Part shown: positions 11,936-23,200 of the stretch, in pieces
How the letters are laid out: every line of letters begins with the position of its first letter
How positions within the stretch are numbered: the first letter of the stretch is position 1
NCBI RefSeq assembly: GCF_032444005.1
Contig: NC_091289.1
Location: forward strand, 5,456,001-5,520,000
From: Ranitomeya imitator
Taxonomy: Eukaryota
Direction: 5' to 3'
Length of the DNA: 64,000 nt
Notes under the pieces: generated by a model
What the model was told of the DNA's origin: nothing
The model's input: the letters and a program-made list of their open reading frames with translations, nothing else
The model's database searches: none
Program-made: the position numbers and the translations under genes

Positions 11936-12452
11936 GGGCTGTAAGCCATAATCATCAACATTAACAGAAATAAACACATGGAATAGATCACTCTGTGTGT
12001 AATGGCTCTATAGAATATAGATTCACTTTTTGTATTGAAGAACTGAACTAAATTAACTGATAATCTAATTTAGTGAGAAGCATCTGTATAAGTGTTAGTG
12101 AACCAGCAGTGATCAGTAGGCTGCAGATTATGGGGAGCGCTCCAAGAAACAACGTTATTCAGAAAATTCGTATCCCAGCCCCGAAATTCCCAATATCAAC
12201 CAGAGTCCTGCAATTCACGAAGAGCAGCACAAAGCTCGGGAGCCAAAGGCGCAGGGACCAGCCCAGAGAAGTGGTGAAAGCAGCGTCAGCGCAGAGTTCA
12301 GGCCGCTGCAGGACACAGCGGCACCGGGGACCAAATGGTGGTAAAACACAAAAGACTGAGACCAGATCCAGAGGATTCATGAGAACCGACGAGTGAATCT
12401 GTAACAGACCGAAAGGAAAAGGCGCGTGGCTCTGATAATGGGAGACAGTCAC

Positions 12453-12669
12453 ACAGTATAGTGACAAGTGTCCAACAGAGTGCGTCCAATCTCCACGGAG
12501 AATGTTCAATGGGATACGGTTTAAAGTGGCTGTAGGGAGGGTTCCGGCCGATAGAGACCCCCTCACGTCTCCAATGGTCCGACAGGTCAAGTGATTTCAC
12601 TATCTTTAGTACAGACGACTCCACGATCCACAAAGCCCCAACACGCTCCAGAACATCGGTTTCCTTGTA
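12453..12669 (-). pseudogene. Possible degraded ecto-ADP-ribosyltransferase (ART4-like) fragment
   Basis: PPYSHFK then, after a frame change, RGDWTHSVGHLSLYC resemble the ART4 C-terminal PPYxxFK...RGDWxxxxSxGNLSxYNC from memory; unverified. Confidence 0.2.
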
Positions 12670-12699
12670 CTTTCTAAAGCCATACTTCACTATAGACAT

Positions 12700-13010
12700 T
12701 GTCGGTGAGAGCCTCCTCTTACTCCCGAGTCCATGTAGTATCACCGGTGATAGCCTCCCTTTCCTACCGAGTCCATTGCTGGTGATAGCCTCCCTTTCCT
12801 ACCGAGTCCATTGCTGGTGATGGCCTCCTCTTCTGCCTTAGACCATAGCTGGTGATGGCCTCGTCCTCCTCCCGAGTCCATGTAGTATTGCCATTGACAG
12901 CCTCCTCTTCCTCCCGAGTCCAACACTGGTGACAGCCTCCTCTTCCTCTCGAGTCCATTGCTGGTGTCGGCCTCCTCTTCCTCCCGCGTCCATGTAGTGT
13001 TGCTGGTGAT
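12700..13010. repeat. Degenerate copies of the 42-bp minisatellite
   Basis: GCTGGTGACAGCCTCCTCTTCCTCCCG motifs shared with 16404-18545. Confidence 0.8.
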
Positions 13011-15720
13011 TATTATTATTTATTGATATAGCACCATTGATTCCATGGTGCTGTACTTGAGAAGGGGTTACATACAAGTTACAGATATCACAGTAAACAA
13101 ACTAACAATGACAGACTGATACAGAGGGGCGAGGACCCTGCCCTTGCGGGCTTACATTCTACAGGGTTATGGGGAAGGAGACAGTAGGTTGAGGGTTGTA
13201 GGAGCTCCGGTGTTGGTGAGGCGGTAGCTTCGGTAGTGATGAGGAGGCAGCGGGGTCAGTGCAGGCTGTAGGCTTTCCTGAAGAGATGGGTTTTCAGGTT
13301 CCGTCTGAAGGATCCGAATGTGGGGCCAAGAATTCCAGAGGATGGGGGATGTTCGGGAGAAGTCTTGGAGGCGATTGGATGAGGAGCGAATAAGTGTGGA
13401 GGAGAGAAGGAGGTCTTGGGAGGACCGGAGATTACGTGAGGGAAGATATTGGGAGATTAGTTCAGAGATATATGGAGGAGACAGGTTGTGGACGGCTTTG
13501 TAGGTCAGTATTAGTAATGTGAACTGGATACGCTGAGGGATTGGGAGCCAGTGAAGAGATTTGCAGAGGGGGGAAGCGGAGGAGTAGCGAGGAGAGAGAT
13601 GAATTAGTCGGGCAGCAGAGTTAAGGATGGACTGGAGAGGTGCAAGGGTGTTAGCAGGGAGGCCACAGAAAAGGATGTTGCTGTAGTCGAGGCGGGAGAT
13701 GATGAGGGCGTGCACAAGCATTTTAGTAGATTGACGGTTAAGGAAAGTACGGATTCTGGAAATATTTTTGAGCTGGAGGCGACAGGAGGTGGAAAGAGCT
13801 TGGATGTGCAGTTTGAAGGACAGGGCAGAGTCAAGGGTTACTCCGAGGCAGCGGACATCTGGTACGGGGGAAAGCATGATGTCATTGATTGCGATAGATA
13901 GGTCAGGTAAAGAAGATCTATGGGATGGAGAAAAGATGATGAATTCAAATTTGTCCACATTGAGTTTGAGGAAGCGAGAGGAGAAGAAGGAGGATATGGC
14001 TGATAGGCACTCTGGGATTCTGGACAGCAGAGCGGTGACGTCTGGGCCAGAGAGGTAGATCTGAGTGTCATCAGCATAGAGGTGGTACTGGAATCCATGG
14101 GACTTTATGAGTTGTCCCAAGCCAAGTGTATAGATTGAGAAGAGTAGGGGTCCTAGAACAGAGCCTTGGGGGACTCCCACAGAGAGGGTGGGATGAGGAG
14201 GTAGTGTGGGAGTGGGAGACGCTGAATGTGCGGTTGGAAAGGTACGAGGAGATCCAGGATAGGGCGAGGTATTTGATGTCAAAGGAGGAGAGGATCTGTA
14301 GTAGGAGGCAGTGGTCAACTGTGTCGAAAACAGAGGACAGGTCTAGAAGAAGGAGTACAGAGTATTGTCCATTAGCTTTGGCGGTAAGTAGGTCGTTAGT
14401 AATTTTGGTCAGGGCGGTCTCAGGTGAGTGATGGGGGCGGAAACCAGATTGTAGATTGTCAAAGAGTAAGTTAGATGAGAGGTGGGAGGAAAGTTCTGCG
14501 TGGACGTGCTGCTCCAGGAGCTTGGAAGCAAATGGGAGCAGCGATATTGGGCGATAGCTGGACATAGCAGTTGGATCGAGGGTTGGCTTTTTAAGGATAG
14601 GCGTGATTGTATCATGTTTGAAAGCAGAAGGAAGGTGCCAGAAGATAGTGATAGGTTGAAGAGGTGGGTTAGGGATGGGATAAGTGTGGTGGTGAGGTTG
14701 AGGCGGAGGTGGGATGGGGTCAAGTGCCCAGGTGGTGAGGTGCGATTTGGAGAGCAGACAATTAAGCCCCCCTTCAGTGATGTTGGATAGGGAGGTTATG
14801 GGGTTTGGGCATTGGTCTGGTATACAAAGGGGTTGTGGTGGTTTGAACAATGAAGACTTGCCTTGTTTGGGCGATCTTATTTTTAAAGTGTGTGGCAAAG
14901 TCCTCAGCAGAGATGAGGGAGGTTGGAGGGGGCAGTGGGGGGCGGAGGAGGGAGTTAAAGGTTTTGAATAACTGTTTGGGGTTGTAGGATAGGGAAGATA
15001 CAAGGGTTGTGAAGTAGGTCTGTTTAGCAGAGGTGAGAGCAGATTTAAAAGCGAGTGTTGCTTGTTTGAATACAGTGAAGTTGTCTTGCGAATGTGTTTT
15101 CTTCCAACACCGCTCCGCAACCCTGGACACTTGCCGAAGCTTTTTAGTGGTATTATTGTGCCAGGGTTGTCTATTGATATGTCGCACTCTGCCATGGACG
15201 AGAGGGGAAACTGTATCAATAGCTGATGCAAGAGTGGCATTGTAGAAAGCAGTGGCACTGTCTTTGTCATGAGGATATGGATGCCAGTGGTAAGATAGAG
15301 TCAGAGAGTGTGTGGGTGTCTAGATGTGCGAAGTTTCAGCGGGGGTGCACATTTTGCTGGACATGGATGATCGGTGAGGACAGGGATGAGGTGAGCAGAT
15401 GGTGGTCGGATAGAGGGAGAGGGGAGGTGGTGAAGTTAGATAGAGAGCAGAGACGGGTGAATACCAGGTCTAGTGTATGTCCATCTGTGTGGGTGGCTGC
15501 GGAGGACCACTGAGTAAGTCCAAAGGATGAGTTAAGGGACAGAAGTTTGGAGGCTGCTGACTGAAGAGTATCAATGGGGATGTTGAAGTCACCCATGATG
15601 ATGGTGGGAATGTCAGCGGAGAGAAAGTGAAGAAGGTTTGTGATAGCGAAGGAGAGAGAGGATTAGTGGAGCACTGTAAGGGCATATGTAAACATGGTGA
15701 AGGAGTAAGATAGGTTAATA
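13009..15720 (-). mobile_element. L2 (CR1/L2 clade) LINE, 5'-truncated, frameshifted ORF2
   Basis: Endonuclease GDFN...[46 protein letters not shown]; (AAT)n tail at 13009-13026. Confidence 0.93.
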
Positions 15721-16403
15721 GAAAAGCTAGATCCAAGTAATAAGAAGTGCTTACTCAGCAGACATACCCAAAAGAGCCGGCGACATAGTGTGGAGTTCTG
15801 ACTCCTGCCGTTGAAATAACTGCGGCGTCTTTATGCTTAGCTGCGTAAATGCTTTGCTGCAGAAATGCGCGTGCCTGACCCCATATGCGTGCACCCCTCA
15901 AGATGCTACTAAATTTATAGGGCAGAGTAAAGGACCAGGTGAGAGGGATTGTGGGTCCTTATTTGGGATAAATTAGCAATTGGCCAACACCCCAGGGGAG
16001 GTTACATGATCAAAGGCACTGAGCCTGGCCACAACCATATGCTCTAACACCTTGAACACAATAATATGTCCTGTGACCCCAGCATGGATGTACAGCAGTA
16101 AGTAATACAATGCAACAAATGAATTTAGCAAACATTCAGCGGGTACATTAAAGGCAAGGTTGCAGGATGGTAGGCAGCAGATAATAGTGAGTAGAGATGT
16201 TTGTACCATTAAAGGGGAAGGTTGCAGGATGGTAGGCAGCAGATAACAGCGAGTAGAGATGTTTGTACCTGTATGAAGAGAGGAGATGGATGTTAATTCC
16301 CGGCCGTTGAAATAACTGCAGCGTCTTTATGCTTAGCTGCGTAATGCTTTGCTGCAGAAATGCGCGTGCCTGACCCCATACGTGTGCACCCCTTAAGATG
16401 CTA

Positions 16404-18545
16404 CTGGTGATGGCTTCCTCTTCCTCCCACGTCCAAGTAATTATGCTGTGATGGCCTCCTCTTCCTCCTGCGTCCATGTAATGTTGCTTTTGACGGCCTC
16501 CTCTTCCTCCAGTATTCATGGAAAGTTGCTGGTGACAGCCTCCTCTACTTCTATTATTCATGCAGTGTTGCTGGTGACAGCCTAGTCTTCCTCCCGTGTC
16601 CATGTAGTGTCGCTGGTGACGGCCTCCTCTTCCTCCCGTGTCCATGCAGTGTCGCTAGTGACGGCCTCCTCTTCCTCCCGTGTCCACGTAGTGTCACTGG
16701 CGACGGCCTCCTCTTCCTCCCGTGTCCATGTAGTGTCGCTGGTGACGGCCTCCTCTTCCTCCCGTGTCCATACAGTGTTGCTGGTGACGGCCTCCTCTTC
16801 CTCCCGTGTCCATGCAGTGTTGCTGGTGACAGCCTCCTCTTCCTCCCGTGTCCATGTAGTGTCGCTTGTGACAGCCTCCTCTTCCTCCCGCGTCCATGTG
16901 TCGCTGGCGACGGCCTCCTCTTCCTCCCGTGTCCATGCAGTGTCGCTGGTGACGGCCTCCTCTTCCTCCCGCATCCATGTGTCGCTGGTGGCGGCCTCCT
17001 CTTCCTCCCGTGTCCATGTAGTGTCGCTGGTGACGGCCTCCTCTTCCTCCCATGTCCATGCAGTGTCATTGGTGACGGCCTCCTCTTCCTCCCGTGTCCA
17101 TGCAGTGTCATTGGTGACGGCCTCCTCTTCCTCCCGTGTCCATGCAGTGTCATTGGTGACGGCCTCCTCTTCCTCCCGTGTCCATGTAGTGTCGCTGGGG
17201 ACGGCCTCCTCTTCCTCCCGTGTCCATGTTGTGTCGCTGGTGACGGCCTCCTCTTCCTCCCGTGTCCATGTAGTGTCGCTGGGGACGGCCTCCTCTTCCT
17301 CCCGTGTCCATGTAGTGTCGCTGGGGACGGCCTCCTCTTCCTCCCGTGTCCATGTAGTGTCGCTGGTGACGGCCTCCTCTTCCTCCCGCATCCATGTGTC
17401 GCTGGTGGCGGCCTCCTCTTCCTCCCGTGTCCATGTAGTGTCGCTGGTGACGGCCTCCTCTTCCTCCCATGTCCATGCAGTGTCATTGGTGACGGCCTCC
17501 TCTTCCTCCCGTGTCCATGCAGTGTCATTGGTGACGGCCTCCTCTTCCTCCCATGTCCATGCAGTGTCATTGGTGACGGCCTCCTCTTCCTCCCGTGTCC
17601 ATGCAGTGTCATTGGTGACGGCCTCCTCTTCCTCCCGTGTCCATGTAGTGTCGCTGGGGACGGCCTCCTCTTCCTCCCGTGTCCATGTTGTGTCGCTGGT
17701 GACGGCCTCCTCTTCCTCCCGTGTCCATGTAGTGTCGCTGGTGACGGCCTCCTCTTCCTCCCGCATCCATGTGTCGCTGGTGGCGGCCTCCTCTTCCTCC
17801 CGTGTCCATGTAGTGTCGCTGGTGACGGCCTTCTCTTCCTCCCATGTCCATGCAGTGTCATTGGTGACGGCCTCCTCTTCCTCCCGTGTCCATGCAGTGT
17901 CATTGGTGACGGCCTCCTCTTCCTCCCGTGTCCATGCAGTGTCATTGGTGACGGCCTCCTCTTCCTCCCGTGTCCATGCAGTGTCATTGGTGACGGCCTC
18001 CTCTTCCTCCCGCATCCATGTGTCACTGGTGACGGCCACCTCTTCCTCCCGTGTCCATGTAGTGTCGCTGGTGACGGCCTCCTCTTCCTCCCGCATCCAT
18101 GTGTCACTGGTGACGGCCTCCTCTTCCTCCCGCGTCCATGTAGTGTCGCTGGTGACGGCCTCCTCTTCCTCCCGCATCCATGTGTCACTGGTGACGGCCT
18201 CCTCTTCCTCCCGTGTCCATGTTGTGTCGCTGGTGACGGCCTCCTCTTCCTCCCGTGTCCATGTTGTGTCGCTGGTGACGGCCTCCTCTTCCTCCCGTGT
18301 CCATGTTGTGTCGTTGGTGACGGCCTCCTCTTCCTCCCGTGTCCATGTTGTGTCGCTGGTGACGGCCTCCTCTTCCTCCCGTGTCCATGTAGTGTCGCTG
18401 GGGACGGCCTCCTCTTCCTCCCGTGTCCATGTTGTGTCGCTGGTGACGGCCTCCTCTTCCTCCCGTGTCCATGTAGTGTCGCTGGGGACGGCCTCCTCTT
18501 CCTCCCGTGTCCATGTTGTGTCGCTGGTGACAGCCTCCTCGTCCA
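16404..18545. repeat. 42-bp minisatellite with 39-bp variants, ~52 copies
   Basis: Unit GTGTCGCTGGTGACGGCCTCCTCTTCCTCCCGTGTCCATGTA. Confidence 0.95.
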
Positions 18546-18819
18546 CAACCACGCTCTCACTCCCCATAGAATCCAATGTCGGCTCCGGAGTGTTCAGAAG
18601 TCACATGACCACCTGTGATTGGCTGCAGCGGTCAGGTTACTAGGGAGCGCATCATTGGAGACACTTGGTGACACAGGTGAGGTATCAGTGATAATAACCA
18701 ATCATGCCTTGTGTCTACCACGTGCGGAACAGTCACAACAGGATGAAGTCCCACAGAGAAATGTCCGCGGCTCTCGGAGTCATTGAGTCTAATGTATCTG
18801 TGTCGCGTCCTCTGCTGAG

Positions 18820-18930
18820 CTCCGGAAACATGGCCGCCGGGAAAGTTCTGACTAGTGCTCACGTGACTGGTTACCGCAGTGACCCCGGAAGTACATGCGC
18901 GCGTTGCCTGGACACGGAAGCGGAAGTTTG
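18820..18930 (+). promoter_or_regulatory. WBP11: CpG-rich TATA-less housekeeping promoter of WBP11
   Basis: CCGGAAACATGGCCGCC (ETS + YY1-like), TCACGTGAC E-box 18859-18867, CCGGAAGT 18885-18892, tandem CGGAAGCGGAAGT 18915-18927. Confidence 0.75.
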
Positions 18931-18969
18931 GCTCTGCACCGCGGAGCTTGTGGTGGCGCTGCCGCGGAG
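18900..18969 (+). other. WBP11: Probable non-coding exon 1 of WBP11 (start approximate)
   Basis: Donor GAG|GTGAGG at 18970 directly after the ETS cluster; ATG lies in the next exon as in other WBP11 genes. Confidence 0.6.
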
Positions 18970-19361
18970 GTGAGGTGATCAGGGCGGGAGATGTCGGCCG
19001 CTGTCTGCAGGATCTGTGCCCCGACCCCACACACGTAACGGCGGGGCCGCATCGTCCTGTGTCCGGGGCCGCGGGGAGGCGCTGCTCCCTCCATCCATAG
19101 TGTATGACCGGACCGCGCATCCTCCTCTCACATGTGCAGGAGTCCTGCTTGCTGCAAGTGACCGGCAGCGTCCAGCAGTGCACGCTGCCTACTCACAGCT
19201 GAGGGTTTGTTCCACTGTGTCCAGCCTGCACTGACACATTGTAACAAACGCTCAACTGTAAACGTGTGAGGGCAGAATGGGGGTGTTTCCAGTGACTGCA
19301 AGCAGAAACCGCAGAGCGGACCCCAGATAAGGGGCGCGGGCCCAGCATGGAGGGGTCTGCA

Positions 19362-19990
19362 CCATCCCAGGCCCCCACTACCTGCCCCATCCTGGGCCCC
19401 CACTACCTGCCCCATTCCAGGCCCCCACTACCTGCCCCATCCCGGGCCTCTACTACCTGCCCCATCCCGGGCCTCTACTACCTGCCCCATCCCGGGCCTC
19501 TACTACCTGCCCCATCCCGGGCCTCTACTACCTGCCCCATCCCGGGCCTCTACTACCTGCCCCATCCCGGGCCCCCACTACCTGCCCCATCCCGGGCCTC
19601 TACTACCTGCCCCATCCTGGGCCCCCACTACCTGCCCCATCCCGGGCCTCTACTACCTGCCCCATCCCGGGCCTCTACTACCTGCCCCATCCCGGGCCCC
19701 CACTACCTGCCCCATCCCGGGCCCCCACCACCTGCCCCATCCCGGGCCCCCACTACCTGCCCCATTCCAGGCCCCCACTACCTGCCCCATCCCGGGCCCC
19801 CACTACCTGCCCCATCCCGGGCCCCCACCACCTGCCCCATCCCGGGCCCCCACCACCTGCCCCATCCCGGGCCCCCACCACCTGCCCCATCCCGGGCCCC
19901 CACCACCTGCCCCATCCCGGGCCCCCACTACCTGCCCCATCCCGGGCCCCCACCACCTGCCCCATCCCGGGCCCCTACTACTTGCCCCAG
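19362..19990. repeat. 25-bp C-rich minisatellite, ~25 copies (WBP11 intron 1)
   Basis: Unit CCCCCACTACCTGCCCCATCCCGGG. Confidence 0.95.
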
Positions 19991-20147
19991 GTCCGAGGCG
20001 TCATCAGTGTGGGGGAGGGGACCTGCCCTGTAATCAGTCACCGGCCAGGGGATAAGGGGGCAAACTACAGAAGCCGAGAACTGACCGATCGCTGTCTGCT
20101 CCATCACAGGTGTCTACTGTCAGCGCGAGGAAGAGGAGGGTGGCAAG

Positions 20148-20211
20148 ATGGGGCGAAGATCCACCTCCTCCACCAAGAGTGGGAAGTTCATGAACCCCAC
20201 AGATCAGGCCC
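20148..20211 (+). CDS. WBP11: WBP11 coding exon 1
   Basis: MGRRSTSSTKSGKFMNPTDQA; acceptor at 20109, donor GTAAGT. Confidence 0.97.
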
Positions 20212-23200
20212 GTAAGTGACCAACACTGAGCAGAAGCCTGAGGGAGCGCAGCTCCGGAGTATAATACAGAATATGTAATGTGTGAATATAGTGAGCGCAG
20301 CTCCGGAGTATAATACAGAATATGTACTGTGTGAGCGCAGCTCCGGAGTATAATACAGAATATGTAATGTGTGAATATAGTGAGCGCAGCTCCGGAGTAT
20401 AATACAGAATATGTACTGTGTGAACATAGTGAGCGCAGCTCCGGAGTATAATACAGAATATGTAATGTGTGAGCGCAGCTCCGGAGTATAATACAGAATA
20501 TGTAATGTGTGTACATAGTGAGTGCAGCTCCGGAGTATAATACAGGATGTAACTCAGGATCAGTAATGTAATGTATGTACACAGTGACTGCACCAGCAGA
20601 ATAGTGAGTGCAGCTCTGGGGTATAATACAAGATGTAACTCAGGATCAGTAATGTAATGTATGTACACAGTGACTGCACCAGCAGAATAGTGAGTGCAGC
20701 TCTGGGGTATAATACAGGAGGTAACTCAGGATCAGTAATGTATGTACACAGTGACTGCACCAGCAGAATAGTGAGTGCAGCTCTGGAGTATAATACAAGA
20801 TGTAACTCAGGATCAGTAATGTAATGTATGTACACAGTGACTGCACCAGCAGAATAGTGAGTGCAGCTCTGGGGTATAATACAAGATGTAACTCAGGATC
20901 AGTAATGTAATGTATGTACACAGTGACTGCACCAGCAGAATAGTGAGTGCAGCTCTGGGGTATAATACAGGAGGTAACTCAGGATCAGTAATGTATGTAC
21001 ACAGTGACTGCACCAGCAGAATAGTGAGTGCAGCTCTGGGGTATAATACAAGATGTAACTCAGGATCAGTAATGTAATGTATGTACACAGTGACTGCACC
21101 AGCAGAATAGTGAGTGCAGCTCTGGAGTATAATACAGGGTATAACTCAGGATCAGTAATGTATGTACACAGTGACTGCACCAGCAGAATAGTGAGTGCAG
21201 CTCTGGAGTATAATTCTGGTTAAGTTTATGCACAGTACTTCAGTAGCTCCATAGTTTGTGGCCAGTGGTTATAATGTCTTTCTAGGGTTGCAGTTGGATT
21301 TCTGCTGGATGTGACTGTGATCTGTTTCCTGATCATTTTCTCTGTTCTCCCCCTGTAGGAAAGGAGGCGAGGAAGCGGGAGCTGAAGAAGGTGAGGTCCT
21401 GTCAGTAGTCAGTGCAGTGATGTTCGGCTCCAGTGGATGATGAGTCTTCTGTGTAGTACTTGGGTTTCCCGTGAGTTCAGCGCAGTGGTATAAGTTGGTG
21501 ATATATTATGATCCTTTGTCTTTGCTTGTTTCCCATGTAGAACAAGAAGCAGCGGATGATGGTGCGAGCGGCGGTGCTGAAAATGAAAGACCCAAAGCAA
21601 ATTATCCGAGACATGGAGAAGCTGGATGAGATGGGTGAGTGCAGTCTCCGAATCTGCAGCTAAATCAGTGGGGTCTGACTGATTCGTGGCATAAAGGGGC
21701 TTGGGATAAAAATAGCCTCAGTTCCACTGTCTGCATGACATCATGATCAAGTAGGGATCTATATCTGCGTTCATCCAGGGCCAGCTGCTTCACGAACAGA
21801 ATACACAAGCCCTAAACTGTGTCGATTTCTGCCGGCTCCATGCACTGACGAATCCTCTTTTTTTTTCAGAATTTAACCCTGTGCAGCAGCCGCAGCTGAA
21901 CGAGAAAGTTCTCAAAGACAAAAGGAAGAAACTGAGGGAGACATTCGAGCGCATCCTGCGCCTGTACGAGAAGGAGAACCCCGAAACGTACAAAGAACTG
22001 CGCAAAATCGAGCTGGACTACGAGCACAAGAGGGCGCAGCTCAGTCAGTACTTCGATGCTGTTAAGGTGCGGGCCGTCTCCAGCCTCGGAGAAAAGAGTT
22101 CTGTAGTTTTCGAAAACTCTTTATTTCCTTTACGCTCCCTAATTATTTTCAAGGTCTTTGCTGTAAATCGGAGAAGAACTCAAAATAGTTCTTGAATATT
22201 TTGGGTTACGTTTACGGTGTCTCATGACAATCTGAAGGTCCCGAAAATCTGATAATCCGATTTATTTGGAGAAGGATTAAGGGAGTTTTCTTGTCCTGCT
22301 CAGATCTGTGGGTCTGTAGCCCAATAGTGATGGTACTGCGCGCTCCCACTGTATGGTGTGCAGTGCAGATGGTGGCTGTGCTACACCGCCAGCACCCGGG
22401 TGTGACGTGATCAGGCTCTACTTTATAGGAGACCAGGAATATTACTACCGTATATACTCGAGTATAAGCTGAGATTTCCAGCCCATTGTTTTAGGCTGAA
22501 CGTGAACCCCGCCACCCCAGTTATACTCGAGTCATTGTCGGCGGGGGGGTCGGCAGGGGAGGGGGAGCGGCTGCTGTCAAATTCTCACCTGCTCCTGGCG
22601 CGGTCCCTGCATGTCCGATGGTCTCCGGGCAGCTCTTCATATGTTCAGCGGTCACGTGGTACCGCTCATCAAAGTAATAAATATGGACGCATATTCATTA
22701 CTAATAAAAGTATGTATCTAAGTACATAAAAGAAATTTTGCAGCTTCTAGGTATATCCACAGAAGTCTATAATAACACCAGGGATAGGTAAGATGAGTAG
22801 TATACGTGGATGTTTTCCTACCTCCTGTCACAAGTCACACATCTCTCGATGAAGTGAAGAGTCGCGGTGCTGCCGCTGTATTTCCAGTGAGTTCCAAGTA
22901 AGGACAAATGCGTGGTACAGATCCAAACTGGTGGCTGCCCCGGCCGGTAGCAGCCACCCAAAACTAACCTCCGGGCTGGGACGAAGTTCTGCGGTGCCGG
23001 ACGCCGCGTGGAGTGAAGGCGGTAAGTCCGGATACAGTGCAGGACCTACGTGACGTAGCTAGTCACGTGATCGTGAGCGGAGCCCTGGAGTGAGGTACGG
23101 AGCGCTGTGGATCTGTACCACGCATTTGTCCTTACTTGGAACTCGCTGGAACTACAGCGGCAGCACCGCGACTCTTCACTTCATCGAGAGATGTGTGACT

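Larger units (their letters stand above)
7195..12086 (-). mobile_element. Tc1/mariner element A (MGKTADL-type transposase), internally deleted, host of nested insertions
   Basis: TA-flanked TIRs CAAGTGCTTCTCACTAAATTAG / CTAATTTAGTGAGAAGCATCTG; frameshifted transposase N-terminus 10293-10835 (GRKKCGRKRCTSNRDN). Confidence 0.9.

Noticed and set aside
15807-16405. TRIM-type miniature LTR element
   Set aside because: Direct repeats lack TG..CA ends, an adjacent PPT and a target duplication
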